Positions 31,475 to 41,915 of a stretch of DNA of 64,000 bases are shown here, one piece after another. A program made the translations under genes and the position numbers. The first letter of the stretch is position 1; each line of letters begins with the position of its first letter. This DNA is from a virus. The notes beneath the pieces are model-generated. The model was not told the DNA's origin and searched no databases. It saw nothing but the letters and a program-made list of their open reading frames with translations. Where the stretch lies: positions 1-64,000 of the IMG/VR virus record IMGVR_UViG_3300030202_002990; one strand, written 5' to 3'.

Positions 31475-32593
31475 TTATTTTACTACTTTGAATGATGGTA
31501 GGTAATTGAAAAACTGTATTGTCTCATCTGCAGTACCACTACCACTTATAATTTTATAATCAACACGATAAAATCTATCAGCTAATAATGGTTTTAAATG
31601 TAGATTAAAATAATTACCGGTAGAATCACAACTAACTTTTGAACCACTACCATATGGTATGATAATATCATCTGTAAAAACATCAACCACTTGATAAAAT
31701 GTACTACCACTCGGTAACATTTTTGCAGTATTATATCCTGTTGAATATCCAGCTGTGGCTGAAAAAGTTTTTTCAGGATACAATGGTCTACCAGCAACTC
31801 TAAACTTTACTTTCGAATCTTCTTTATATTGGTCTCTCAAACTTCTTGGATATAATTTAACATCTTCAAGTTCCGTTGAAGTCAAATATTCTAATGAACC
31901 ACTATTCCATTTAGAATCATCCCAAACAGCCTCTAACTTAGGTTGGTAAATCGTATGGGTTTCTCTACTGAAAAATGAAAAGTTACCAAGTGCCTTAGAT
32001 GTACCTTCATCAAGTGTAGAGTCTAAATTACCAATACTTCCACTTCTTTTGACCATAAAACCATCATTCTCTATGTTTCCATGTAACCACTGCCAAACAA
32101 TGTTAGAAACATCCATACGAACATCAGATGCTTGGTTAGAAAAAGATTGTGAGGCTTCGTATTGATTGTACCAAGTACCACCCGAACCAGTCATAGAACC
32201 TGTCCACATGGTTTTGACATCATTGTTATCACGGAAATTATAACTGGCACCATCTGTAATTATTGGGAAACTATCTTCCCTACCAAATCCATTGTCCCAA
32301 GATTGACTTACTGGATATGCATATAAATTTTGATTAACATTTAAACCATTAGAATTTGCATCATATAAATTTAAATAAAATTTTGTGTACGAACTTGAAG
32401 GTATCAATCCACTTGATACAGAAGATGAAATATAAGTTGTATCAAATTTTATCAACACTCGACTTATACCTTGTACAACACCAGCTGCACTTACATCCTT
32501 TACTACTTCTATTATCTCATCTATACCTGTATTTTGACTTCCACTACGAGAATATAGTGTTGTGTCTTTTTCAGCGTATTCAAAATAATGCAT
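31475..32593 (-). CDS. Virion structural protein (DNRLRE-like N-terminal domain)
   Basis: [44 protein letters not shown]. Confidence 0.65.
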   Translation of the reverse strand: MHYFEYAEKDTTLYSRSGSQNTGIDEIIEVVKDVSAAGVVQGISRVLIKFDTTYISSSVSSGLIPSSSYTKFYLNLYDANSNGLNVNQNLYAYPVSQSWDNGFGREDSFPIITDGASYNFRDNNDVKTMWTGSMTGSGGTWYNQYEASQSFSNQASDVRMDVSNIVWQWLHGNIENDGFMVKRSGSIGNLDSTLDEGTSKALGNFSFFSRETHTIYQPKLEAVWDDSKWNSGSLEYLTSTELEDVKLYPRSLRDQYKEDSKVKFRVAGRPLYPEKTFSATAGYSTGYNTAKMLPSGSTFYQVVDVFTDDIIIPYGSGSKVSCDSTGNYFNLHLKPLLADRFYRVDYKIISGSGTADETIQFFNYLPSFKVVK

Positions 32594-32603
32594 CTATGGT
32601 CTC

Positions 32604-34589
32604 CTACAATTTATTCCCAATTGAATCGCCAATTGACCGTGCCTCCACATCAATATTTGGGTATTTCAATTCGAATATACTTGGGTCAAGTGATGGATAA
32701 ACTATACCATCTTTGGTTGCGTAATTTATATCGTAAATATTACCTGAGTAACCATCTGCAGTACTGAACTTGTTAGTAATCAATACTGGTACATTTTTAG
32801 GATTATCAACCGTAGGTGGAACTATCGCACCTACACCTTCAACGATAGATAATTCATATGCCAACTCTTGTAAAACAATTGGTTGGTTAACTTGCCACCT
32901 ATCTATTTGGAAAAAATCTTTCACCTTTTGTATAACTTGTAATGATACTTGGTCTTTATTGAATCCAGTACGACATATAAAATTTACTTTTAATCCAATA
33001 TTAATAATATATGCATCTTTTATATTGACCGCATCCGTCATTAATCTATATTGTGAAAGATATGTTTTTAAATTTTCTTTTACTGCTAAATTTAAAGTAG
33101 TTAATTTTTTACCAGCTGTATATCCAAGAGTGTATAAATTAAGTGCATTTGGATTAGGTAATCTATTAGAAGAAGCAGCATCTTGTGACTTAAGTTGGTC
33201 AAGGTTTCTTTCATCCATAAAAAGATTAGACTTGACTTCTTTTTGCATTGTTGGTATATTCAATTGTTCATCTTGAACAATGTATGCCTTTGCTATAGCT
33301 CCAAATTTAGGTGGTAATGCATATACCCTTGTTATGTAATCTTCACGAGTTACACTCCTACCTTGAGCCTGAAAGTAAGCTAAAGCATTTTCTTTTAGTT
33401 CTTCTGTTGTTTCTGCACCTTTACCACCATTAGCTGGAAATGGATTTGTTACTGCTACAGAATCTTTAACTGTTGCGACCAATCCAGCATTTAAACTTGT
33501 TTCATCTAATGTTAATGATATTTCTGATAAATTAGAAATACTATCTTGGGTAGCGTTATCACCTAATCCACCACCATGAGAATATTTTATTGTAAGTATT
33601 GTGTTTGATGGTGATTGACCATAAGCTTCTGTTTTTAAAAAGTTAGATGGGTCAAAGTATGTATCTAAATAAGTTGGACTACCAGGTAATGATGAACCTA
33701 CATTACTTGGATTTGGTACTATTTCTTCATCAAACGAATCACTTACACCTGCCCCAAATCTTAATTCAGTTCTACTATCAGCCCTTATAAAAGTTTTAAA
33801 TCGTCTTGGAGTTTTTAGAAGTTTTAAAAGGTATGGTGCTTCATCACTATATTGTGATAGTTCAGAATCATTAGCTGCAGTATTTTGTACAGAATCAAAC
33901 AATGTGTCTTGTGCTAAAAATGGAACCTCTTTCCAAGTATTACCATCACTATCTGTACAAGATATTATTTCTAATACATTCTCACTTCCTAATATAATCC
34001 TTTGATACTTTTTAGCACTTCCAAAACTAAATTGTTCTTCAACAACCGTTCCACTTACAACACCTACCGTTTTCTTTAGTAGATAAAAAGTTGGGGCCGT
34101 TCCTGATGTTTCATAAATACTTACCGTGGTTGGGTCAAAAGAACTTGAGTAAGAAAAGTTGACATTTTCTCTTATCCTAAATGTAGTTGTACCAGTAGAA
34201 GCCAATGTTCCTTCATTAACTTGTAGTGCATAATTGTAATTAGGTCTCACATTAACACCCGTACCAACTGCTGGTACTATTTGAAATATATCAAGGTTGG
34301 TAAATGACGGAGACGACAACTTAGGTTTGTATCCAAAGGATTGTGCCATTTCAAATAAAGTTTTTGTGTCTTCTGCATAAGCTAATAATTGTTCTTTGAA
34401 TTGTGAATCTACATAGTAAGACAACACATCACCAACATAAGATGCCATCTCAATAAACATCATACCAGGTGATGCTTCATTAAAATCATTATATGTGTTT
34501 GGATAGTATTGTTTTGCAAAATCGATTAAATCAGAACGAAATCCTGAAAAATCTTTGTTTAAATATCTTACTTCTTTTTGTGCTGGCAT
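32604..34589 (-). CDS. Baseplate wedge subunit (T4 gp6 / baseplate J-like)
   Basis: YLNKDFSGFRSDLI, SYVGDVLSYYVD, LRFGAG, GGKGAET, AQGRSVTREDY. Confidence 0.88.
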   Translation of the reverse strand: MPAQKEVRYLNKDFSGFRSDLIDFAKQYYPNTYNDFNEASPGMMFIEMASYVGDVLSYYVDSQFKEQLLAYAEDTKTLFEMAQSFGYKPKLSSPSFTNLDIFQIVPAVGTGVNVRPNYNYALQVNEGTLASTGTTTFRIRENVNFSYSSSFDPTTVSIYETSGTAPTFYLLKKTVGVVSGTVVEEQFSFGSAKKYQRIILGSENVLEIISCTDSDGNTWKEVPFLAQDTLFDSVQNTAANDSELSQYSDEAPYLLKLLKTPRRFKTFIRADSRTELRFGAGVSDSFDEEIVPNPSNVGSSLPGSPTYLDTYFDPSNFLKTEAYGQSPSNTILTIKYSHGGGLGDNATQDSISNLSEISLTLDETSLNAGLVATVKDSVAVTNPFPANGGKGAETTEELKENALAYFQAQGRSVTREDYITRVYALPPKFGAIAKAYIVQDEQLNIPTMQKEVKSNLFMDERNLDQLKSQDAASSNRLPNPNALNLYTLGYTAGKKLTTLNLAVKENLKTYLSQYRLMTDAVNIKDAYIINIGLKVNFICRTGFNKDQVSLQVIQKVKDFFQIDRWQVNQPIVLQELAYELSIVEGVGAIVPPTVDNPKNVPVLITNKFSTADGYSGNIYDINYATKDGIVYPSLDPSIFELKYPNIDVEARSIGDSIGNKL

Positions 34590-34599
34590 CTATGTTCTC

Positions 34600-35016
34600 C
34601 TATTCACCTACAAGAAAATTCAGAGTTATCACTTCGTGTACTGTTGGTTGTATTGCTAAAGCAAATTCAATAAGTATGTTTAATTGGTGTGGTTCGGCCT
34701 CATCCCTTTCCACACTTATATTATTTATAGTAACATGAGGTAACCAAAAGGCTATCGACTCTTCTATTTCAGACCTAACAGATTCTAATAAATCATCACT
34801 CATCGGTTCGAACAAAACTTGTAACAAACCACATCCAAATTCAGGTTGTCCAACTCGTTCACCTTTATTAGTAAGTAATAAATTTCTTATATTACTACTT
34901 GTTTGAGTTAGGGTTGTTGATGTGCCAGGAAAGAAACCTGAACCATTTATGTGATCCATTGGTAGAGATATACCAATTTTCACATCAGGGTTTAAGTCTT
35001 TTTCTAATACGGACAA
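34600..35016 (-). CDS. Baseplate protein gp25/GPW family
   Basis: NIRNLLLTNKGERVGQPEFGCGLLQVLFEP...WLPHV. Confidence 0.9.
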   Translation of the reverse strand: MSVLEKDLNPDVKIGISLPMDHINGSGFFPGTSTTLTQTSSNIRNLLLTNKGERVGQPEFGCGLLQVLFEPMSDDLLESVRSEIEESIAFWLPHVTINNISVERDEAEPHQLNILIEFALAIQPTVHEVITLNFLVGE

Positions 35017-35026
35017 CTAATTTCTC

Positions 35027-35557
35027 CTATGGACGATAATTCGTCCCACCATCTTTCTTTTTATTTATTGCTTTCATCAAACCACTATAATCCCTTGTGA
35101 GTGCATTTACAACATCGTCACCTACTTGTTCAGAACTTACACCTTGTGCCTTTAACGATTCAACCGCTCCAACTTGTCTTCTCTTTTCTTTACCTTGTTC
35201 TGTATTCGCCATCATTGGATTTCCACCCATCAATTCATGTACTCTATCAGATGTATAAGTTCCACCACCCATTGTTGGATATTCGGAATCACCTTGTGGA
35301 ATACCACCGGCCGTTTCGTTCAAGATTCTATTGAGAGATTCATTCTTCGTATATTCTTTATACTCCCTTTTCTTGGGTTTTGGTTGTGTGTATTCTTGTT
35401 CTGCTATTTGAGTTAAAGAGGATGAGATTTCATCTTTTTCTACGGAACGATTAGCTAAAGCTTTCTTTCCTTCATTAATAAATATCTCATTTACCTGTTT
35501 ATTAACTTCTTTACGAACTAATCTCTCTATTATCTTTATTAGTTCTTGTTTCTTCAT
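35027..35557 (-). CDS. Hypothetical phage protein
   Basis: MKKQELIKIIERLVRKEV..., LNRILNETA, ALTRDYSGLMKA. Confidence 0.7.
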   Translation of the reverse strand: MKKQELIKIIERLVRKEVNKQVNEIFINEGKKALANRSVEKDEISSSLTQIAEQEYTQPKPKKREYKEYTKNESLNRILNETAGGIPQGDSEYPTMGGGTYTSDRVHELMGGNPMMANTEQGKEKRRQVGAVESLKAQGVSSEQVGDDVVNALTRDYSGLMKAINKKKDGGTNYRP

Positions 35558-35571
35558 TATAGACTCCTATT

Positions 35572-36144
35572 CTATATTATTGTACTACTGATTATACCTG
35601 GTATAACAGCTGGTGGTTTGGTAACCACTCCTGTAAAAACTGTAGCTAAAAAAGATGCAGTAATTATGGTTGCCATACTATCACAAACATCTTCTATACT
35701 TCCACCACCCATTCCAACTGCTACGGCTGGTGCTAATATTGGTGGAACTGACATTAAACTTGTTCCTACTGCTGAATGAGCTGGTGTTCCAAAATTTATC
35801 ATTAAAGCTGCGGCAGATATGATACCTGTTGTTATCTGTGTCATCGTTGGGTCTTCCACATTAAAACTACCCAATATTGCTGCCTTTAATGGGGCCTTAG
35901 CTCCTCCAACACCACTTACCTTTAACTTCAAACCTAACGATGTAGGATCGGGTACAGGTACCGCAGGTGGAGCAGGTGTTAATGCTGGACTACCAATTGG
36001 TATTATCTCAGCATCTTTCATAAAATCTATTATGGCCGTTGACATTCCCTCGGCCGATTCTGATTTACTTGATTCACCATCTTGTGCTAGTTTACTATAA
36101 TTATCAATTAATCCTTGTTTAAGTTTTTTTTTATCCAGTCCCAC
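35572..36144 (-). CDS. Hypothetical baseplate-associated protein
   Basis: Pro/Gly/Ala-rich ORF directly after the spike-like gene. Confidence 0.6.
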   Translation of the reverse strand: MGLDKKKLKQGLIDNYSKLAQDGESSKSESAEGMSTAIIDFMKDAEIIPIGSPALTPAPPAVPVPDPTSLGLKLKVSGVGGAKAPLKAAILGSFNVEDPTMTQITTGIISAAALMINFGTPAHSAVGTSLMSVPPILAPAVAVGMGGGSIEDVCDSMATIITASFLATVFTGVVTKPPAVIPGIISSTII

Positions 36145-37709
36145 TAAACATCCACTTTTGTTAATATGTTACATATTCTTGCCCGTATGGTCTCCACTCC
36201 AGCCTCCCATGCAGCCATTGCTGGTTGATTTGTTGGGCCACTACTGATTGGGCCACTTGGGCCTGCACCAGTTGCTATACCTGTCAAACTAAGAATTGTG
36301 CTTCCTAATTCAACAAATGAATTACAAACACTATCCAATAAATCTGCTAACTCCTCACCATAAACCAAATGTTGTTCCTTAACATCATCACGACCTTTTA
36401 TGTATATAACAGCTTCATCATTACTACCACCTATTTTAAAGTAACTTCCGTTGTCGGTGTATAATCCTGCACAATCATCAAGGTGAACATTTGCACCTTT
36501 ACAACTTTCTAAATGTGCTTTATCATCAAGTGTTAAAAAAGATGGACATTCACTTGACAAATATATTACATCAGGTCCTCCTTCTTTACCACCCTCTCCC
36601 AAATCTAATCTTGAATTACCAGGTGTTATCAAACTAATACCACCAGGTCTCATATCCATTGATGTGGCACCACCTGTATTAATATTCATTCCATCATCAG
36701 CATCGACTGTAAATGCTTTCTTGGTTGAGAATCCAATACCATCGTGACTAAATCCAAGTATCTTTCCTCGTTTAGTATTGAATGTAATTCTATCTGAATT
36801 TATTGTTATTTGTTTACCACCAAGATTTGGTTGGTCATCTTCATGAAATGATGACATATAAGAATGGTCATCAGCATTAGTTTCCTCTATATCAAGATTT
36901 ACCTTTTGGTCTGTAGTCATCCATATTGAACTACCATCTGAATTTATGTTTTCTTCTGCAGGTTTGAAGTTTGTATCTTCAAGTTCTTGCCTTAAATTTT
37001 GTTCATCGAATAACTGAGCATCTGTTAGTTGTCCAACTCTCATCAATATGTTTGGAGAGTCTTGAGTAGATGTATCGTCTCCGTGTGCACCTTCAACTAT
37101 TGCACTTCCAAATCTTATTGTATTACCAAATCTACCTTCAAGGGTCACATCACCTTCTCTTGGTATTAATCTTCGTACTTTTTCATCATTACCAAAGTCT
37201 TTGTTTGCCTCAAAAAAGTCATATATGAAATCATCATCTATCATTTTTTGGTCTCTAAAACCACTTGTACCTGGTATTATATTTGCATTAACACTACCTA
37301 ACATTGATACAACAGGTAAATAATAATGATTATTTAAATATTTTACAATAACCACATGCTCATTTCTTAATGGCATCTTTGTCATGTTCATATCAAGAGG
37401 TTGATATATTTTTAATTTTGCAACAATCTTATCTTTTTCAGATTGGTGTGGTCTTGCCTTGATACAACCCAACAATCCCCAAATCTTTTCACCTTTGTCA
37501 TTTTCAGGTAATTTTTCTTCGGAATCAAAAACTTCTAAGACTTCTGCTATTTCAAGTTCATAGTATTCCCAACCTTTGGGGTTTTGTGTATTTGACTTTA
37601 CTATCTGTCTAACACGACCTTGTGTTGGCACTCCACTACCATCTTTATCATATGTAGTTTTTTTAGGGCCCGAATCAGAATATTCCGAGCTTGGTGTCCA
37701 ATGACCCAT
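36144..37709 (-). CDS. Baseplate hub / central spike (gp5-like)
   Basis: N-terminal OB-like PLRNEHVVI; EGDVTLEGRFGNTIRFGS; GKQITINSDRITFN; beta-repeat C-terminus ending ATGAGPSGP. Confidence 0.7.
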   Translation of the reverse strand: MGHWTPSSEYSDSGPKKTTYDKDGSGVPTQGRVRQIVKSNTQNPKGWEYYELEIAEVLEVFDSEEKLPENDKGEKIWGLLGCIKARPHQSEKDKIVAKLKIYQPLDMNMTKMPLRNEHVVIVKYLNNHYYLPVVSMLGSVNANIIPGTSGFRDQKMIDDDFIYDFFEANKDFGNDEKVRRLIPREGDVTLEGRFGNTIRFGSAIVEGAHGDDTSTQDSPNILMRVGQLTDAQLFDEQNLRQELEDTNFKPAEENINSDGSSIWMTTDQKVNLDIEETNADDHSYMSSFHEDDQPNLGGKQITINSDRITFNTKRGKILGFSHDGIGFSTKKAFTVDADDGMNINTGGATSMDMRPGGISLITPGNSRLDLGEGGKEGGPDVIYLSSECPSFLTLDDKAHLESCKGANVHLDDCAGLYTDNGSYFKIGGSNDEAVIYIKGRDDVKEQHLVYGEELADLLDSVCNSFVELGSTILSLTGIATGAGPSGPISSGPTNQPAMAAWEAGVETIRARICNILTKVDV

Positions 37710-38102
37710 TTAGTTTCCTTTGACTTTTTCTACTTCGTCTGTTATTTCGTCTGTCTTACTTTGTAAATCTACTACAACATCATCAATACTTTTCAGTAAT
37801 TGCTCTTTTTCATTATCCGATAATCCAAACTCCGCCTCTGCTCCACCCTTATTTTCGTTGGCTATTATTCTCTGAACAATACCAGCAAGTTTAACGAGTT
37901 GTTCATCATTTTTCACATTTATTTCTAAATATTCTTTAATCATTGGGATTAGTTGAACGGCCATATCCCCATCTTTGATGAATCCTGTAACTTCCTTTAC
38001 CAATACCTCGAGCTGGTGTTTATTATGTTTGGAATTATTATATATATCTTCAAATAGTGATGATAGTGATTTACCTTTAAACAGTTCATATTCAGTTGAC
38101 AT
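37710..38102 (-). CDS. Hypothetical phage protein
   Basis: Helical 130-aa ORF heading the structural operon, after the CTATTTAT motif. Confidence 0.7.
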   Translation of the reverse strand: MSTEYELFKGKSLSSLFEDIYNNSKHNKHQLEVLVKEVTGFIKDGDMAVQLIPMIKEYLEINVKNDEQLVKLAGIVQRIIANENKGGAEAEFGLSDNEKEQLLKSIDDVVVDLQSKTDEITDEVEKVKGN

Positions 38103-38307
38103 ATCTAATCCTATGTTGTTTATTGGTACAATAACTCATAAATAAATAGTAAAAACTCCCAAAGTTGATTCATATATATAGCTTAATGAAAGTTTTTAAA
38201 TTAGAATATTTATATATACTCGGGCAAAGTGTCCGAGTACAGAACTGAGGAAGTTAAATATCCCTTTTCTGTTTAGTGATAAGAAACAACAACGGGAGAA
38301 AACAACA

Positions 38308-38529
38308 ATGAAGGAAATCATAACACTCGTCAAAGGTTGGGTAGATGATTTAGCTCATCTATTAATGTCCTTTGTTGCCATTGGTGCTATATCCGAAGTA
38401 ATATTCGGTACTGGTGTCTTCGGCGTTAATGTTATTGGTAACCTAACACTAATCATAAATAAATTCGGCGAATCCGGTTTCGCTGGGTTAGTCGCTTTAT
38501 TGGTGTTAGTGGGTTTATTCCGTAAATAG
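38308..38529 (+). CDS. Small hydrophobic membrane protein
   Basis: GGGAG SD; two hydrophobic segments; own promoter motif and terminator. Confidence 0.75.
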   Translation: MKEIITLVKGWVDDLAHLLMSFVAIGAISEVIFGTGVFGVNVIGNLTLIINKFGESGFAGLVALLVLVGLFRK

Positions 38530-38546
38530 CTATTATCGGTGCACAG

Positions 38547-38577
38547 AAAAGGGGGAATTCATTTCCCCCTTTTTTTT
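38547..38577 (+). terminator. Rho-independent terminator
   Basis: AAAAGGGGGAA-TTCAT-TTCCCCC followed by a T run. Confidence 0.85.
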
Positions 38578-38629
38578 GCTTTAAATTATGTATATTATGA
38601 GTTTATAAGGATATTTATTAACGATTGAT

Positions 38630-38866
38630 ATGTTTATCAATCATAACGCGTTATTAATGGAGAGTATTATGAAAACAATACTTACAAGTATACTTTCTTT
38701 ATTTATCTTTTTTGGTGCTGTTCCAACTGCTAATGCTTCAGATATGAACAATAGTGCTGGAATGGAAGAAGTCAAGAAGAAGAAAAAGAAAGGTAAGAAG
38801 ATAGGTGGTAAGAAAGGGAAGAAATCTAAGAAAGGTTTTTTCTCTAAAATCTTCGGAAGTAAATAA
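38630..38866 (+). CDS. Signal-peptide protein with Lys-rich tail (start probably at MKTIL)
   Basis: MKTILTSILSLFIFFGAVPTANA then KKKKKKGKKIGGKKGKKSKKGFFSKIFGSK. Confidence 0.65.
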   Translation: MFINHNALLMESIMKTILTSILSLFIFFGAVPTANASDMNNSAGMEEVKKKKKKGKKIGGKKGKKSKKGFFSKIFGSK

Positions 38867-38875
38867 TCTTAAAAC

Positions 38876-38906
38876 AAAAAGGGGAATAAAAATTCCCCTT
38901 TTTTTT
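38876..38906. terminator. Bidirectional Rho-independent terminator
   Basis: AAAAAGGGGAAT-AAAA-ATTCCCC plus T run, between convergent genes. Confidence 0.85.
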
Positions 38907-39019
38907 ATTGTTTAGAATTTAAAAAAATCCTTGTAGTCATCAGCGTAAATTTTACCAACAGAATATAATACTACAAAAGTAATCCCTAATCCTATATATA
39001 AACCAATCATAATAACCCC

Positions 39020-39337
39020 TTATTTTAGTTGTAATTTCTGTACCCAATCAGGTACATTCTTTTCCATGTAATGTTGTATGACAAATGCTTCTACTATATG
39101 AGTAAAAAACCAAAAGAATGTTAATAGTGGAACAAATATCTGATAATCCATATCTAACTTACTTATACCCAACCAAGTTAAAAATATCATACCAATTGAT
39201 TTGGTTAAAAATCCCATTCCACTAAATCCCAAACTCATTATACTTCCTCGTTGCATCACGATATAAATTCCTACACATAGATGCATGAGATTTAGAAACA
39301 CTGGTGCTAAAACACCTAAAACAATATATTCAATCAT
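39020..39337 (-). CDS. Small multi-TM membrane protein (AtpI-like topology)
   Basis: Three hydrophobic helices; FLTKSIGMIF and FFTHIVEAF; family assignment tentative. Confidence 0.55.
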   Translation of the reverse strand: MIEYIVLGVLAPVFLNLMHLCVGIYIVMQRGSIMSLGFSGMGFLTKSIGMIFLTWLGISKLDMDYQIFVPLLTFFWFFTHIVEAFVIQHYMEKNVPDWVQKLQLK

Positions 39338-39347
39338 CAGTACTCCG

Positions 39348-39683
39348 TTATTTAAAAACTATCGGTAAAGTGTACTTTACTGTGACAGGTTTACCATTTT
39401 GGATTGCTGGATGATAAGAACTACTTCGTACTTTATCTAACACTACTTCATTAAGGTCAAGATTAAAAGTATCTCTGATAACAGGATTCTCTACTTCTCC
39501 CTTTTCATTTATAAAAAAATCCACAACTATTTTACCTTTTGGATTTTTTAAAAGTATATCTTCTCTAATGTCGTAGTATGTAAGTACGAATGGTACTTTG
39601 GGTTGGGGTAATTGACTCTCACCATTTGGTAAGTCTTGGGCTGTCAATAAGCCCATTAGCATTAGGTATGCTAGTGCTCTCAT
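39348..39683 (-). CDS. Stand-alone TonB C-terminal domain protein
   Basis: Short signal-like N-terminus; GKIVVDFFINEKGEVENPVI...YHPAIQNGKPVTVKYTLPIVFK. Confidence 0.85.
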   Translation of the reverse strand: MRALAYLMLMGLLTAQDLPNGESQLPQPKVPFVLTYYDIREDILLKNPKGKIVVDFFINEKGEVENPVIRDTFNLDLNEVVLDKVRSSSYHPAIQNGKPVTVKYTLPIVFK

Positions 39684-39823
39684 CGGTTTTCTCCTTTATT
39701 TAGTGATAAGACTATGTTTCCGGTTTCTTGAAAAGTATTTCTACTTTTCAAAACATAATTATCTTATATATTTAGAAAAAACACTTTTATTTACTTATTT
39801 TGTGATAGTTTTTTGTTAGATTG

Positions 39824-40453
39824 TTAAACTTTTTTCATTTTATATTCTAACTGAGATAATAAATTATTTATCTTTTCTAATTTGGGATGATTGGGGTTTT
39901 TTTCTAAAAGTTTATCTTTTGTATTCATCAACTTACCATAGGCCTTCTGTAAATCTATTAGAGCAATTCCTTTCATACTTCGTCTGTAATATAGATGGTC
40001 AAGTGCTTCATCTTCTGCTTCAGCACCACGAACACCAGCAACTGCTGTTATCTGTTCTACTTCTCCGTATATGGTATCTTCTACATCTTGTATTTCTTGC
40101 CATACAGTATTATCCCACATGGCATCTAAATCTAAATTATCCATCTCTGCCAATGCTTCTTGTGTATCTATACTATCTTGTTTGGCCCGTTCTATTTTTC
40201 TGAGTCTATCCCTTTCAGCAAATTCTTTATCTAAATTTACAGAACGGATTGAATCACATTCAGATATCCACCCACCATAACCTTTCCAAGCAGGTGAACC
40301 TTTATAATCTCTATATTCCGTATCATCACAATCTTGTCCAAATGCAACATCTCGTTTAAACTCAGATGTTCTTGTGATACCTTGGTCTGTAAAGACTTGT
40401 TCGTCTACTTGTGAATACATAACACTTACTAACAATAATGGTAAGTATTTCAT
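39824..40453 (-). CDS. Exported hypothetical protein
   Basis: Signal-like N-terminus; acidic; TAVAGVRG motif. Confidence 0.65.
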   Translation of the reverse strand: MKYLPLLLVSVMYSQVDEQVFTDQGITRTSEFKRDVAFGQDCDDTEYRDYKGSPAWKGYGGWISECDSIRSVNLDKEFAERDRLRKIERAKQDSIDTQEALAEMDNLDLDAMWDNTVWQEIQDVEDTIYGEVEQITAVAGVRGAEAEDEALDHLYYRRSMKGIALIDLQKAYGKLMNTKDKLLEKNPNHPKLEKINNLLSQLEYKMKKV

Positions 40454-40572
40454 TTTTCTCTCTGTTGTTCAATTCTTTTTTTCTTCTTGTATTTCTTTAT
40501 TGTTTGTTTCTCGTCTAATTCCCAAATAAGACAAGCTCCTAAACAAATAATGATTAGAGGTGCCCAACTCAT
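40450..40572 (-). CDS. Small single-TM protein, 40 aa
   Basis: MSWAPLIIICLGACLIWELDEKQTIKKYKKKKRIEQQREK; overlaps both neighbours by 4 nt. Confidence 0.55.
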   Translation of the reverse strand: MSWAPLIIICLGACLIWELDEKQTIKKYKKKKRIEQQREK

Positions 40573-40994
40573 AATATTTCTATTTCGGTTCCTATACCTC
40601 TCTTATCATATTGTGTTCCAACTACTATCGTATAAAAACCTGGTTCTATGTTAGATGACCATTCCGTTCTATATAATTTCCATGTATATGTTTCGATTCT
40701 TTTTCTTCCATCTCTATGTGGACTTAGAGAGATAGGTGTTTGATGTACACTCTTTCCATTTCCATCAAACATAAATAACTTGGTTTTTTTTCTTTTTACT
40801 TCGTATCTGACCTTTACACAAGGTCCTCCTTTTCTATCATAGTCCAACCAAGCAACAATTGGATGTTCATCGAAATCTACTAATGATGGGGTTACTACTG
40901 TAGGTTTAGAATCTTTTTCGGGTGAGAATATCACATATGCTAAACATATAAAGATTCCACCATACAAAAGTAATTCTTTTATTTGATTACTCAT
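40569..40994 (-). CDS. Membrane-anchored protein with FlgD-like Ig domain
   Basis: N-terminal TM; KLFMFDGNGKSV...YTW...IEPGFYTIVV pattern. Confidence 0.55.
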   Translation of the reverse strand: MSNQIKELLLYGGIFICLAYVIFSPEKDSKPTVVTPSLVDFDEHPIVAWLDYDRKGGPCVKVRYEVKRKKTKLFMFDGNGKSVHQTPISLSPHRDGRKRIETYTWKLYRTEWSSNIEPGFYTIVVGTQYDKRGIGTEIEIL

Positions 40995-40995
40995 A

Positions 40996-41442
40996 TTATT
41001 GTGCTATATATCTAATTGGTTCCTCAGATAATTCAAATGATGTAGAATCATATGTATAATAATAAATTTCATCGTCACGCCTGTGATGAAAGATAGCAGG
41101 TTCTTCAGCATCAATCAAACTAAACTGCCATTCGTTATCCTCATCAGGTACACCCAATGTTAAATTTATCTTGATATTACGAGTTCTACCCATGACTGTG
41201 AGTGGATTATAAGGCCATGATTCATTTCCAGTTTCGATTAGCTTATCACTTGCGTAAGTTTCACACCCTGCCCATATTGTATCTACAGTCGTCTTTTCAG
41301 CTGATACTGCTGCTGAGTTTAAAACAGATGTCATCTTAGGGACAGCCACTGCTGATAATATTCCTAAGATGACCATAACCATTACTAATTCTACTAAAGA
41401 AAAACCTTCATTCATTTTCTCTTTCAGTATTTTTTTTATCAT
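40996..41442 (-). CDS. Type IV pilin-like protein (prepilin N-methylation motif)
   Basis: EG|FSLVELVMVMVILGILSAVAVPKM. Confidence 0.9.
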   Translation of the reverse strand: MIKKILKEKMNEGFSLVELVMVMVILGILSAVAVPKMTSVLNSAAVSAEKTTVDTIWAGCETYASDKLIETGNESWPYNPLTVMGRTRNIKINLTLGVPDEDNEWQFSLIDAEEPAIFHHRRDDEIYYYTYDSTSFELSEEPIRYIAQ

Positions 41443-41444
41443 TT

Positions 41445-41915
41445 TTATTGTCCTTCCAAATCTCGTCTATATACAACTTGATTTGGTTGATATGGTGGAT
41501 TGGAATATCCAATCTCACCCGTTGATGAATTATAAGTCCAAACTGCTAAACTATCTTCTTTCCTACGATGAACTATTGAATTTTTAAAATCATTACTTGC
41601 TTCACCAGTAAAAATCCAATCACTATCGTTCATCTCTACCATCAAAGTGGTATTTGATTTGTCGTAGGATTGTGGTACTTTATTAAGTGCGTCAAATGGA
41701 TTGTTTGGCCACTCTTGGACACCATTATCGATAAACTCTTCTTGACTATAAGTATCTAAAGCAGCGACCAAATTAATCAAAACTCCTTGTTCGGAAGCTG
41801 CTTCGGATTGTCGGACAATATTTGTAAATCTCGGTATCGAAACTGCGGCTAAAATTCCAATGATTACCATTACCATAATCAGTTCGACTAAGGTAAAACC
41901 ATTCTTTCTATTCAC
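41445..41915 (-). CDS. Type IV pilin-like protein (prepilin N-methylation motif)
   Basis: NG|FTLVELIMVMVIIGILAAVSIPRF. Confidence 0.92.
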   Translation of the reverse strand: MNRKNGFTLVELIMVMVIIGILAAVSIPRFTNIVRQSEAASEQGVLINLVAALDTYSQEEFIDNGVQEWPNNPFDALNKVPQSYDKSNTTLMVEMNDSDWIFTGEASNDFKNSIVHRRKEDSLAVWTYNSSTGEIGYSNPPYQPNQVVYRRDLEGQ

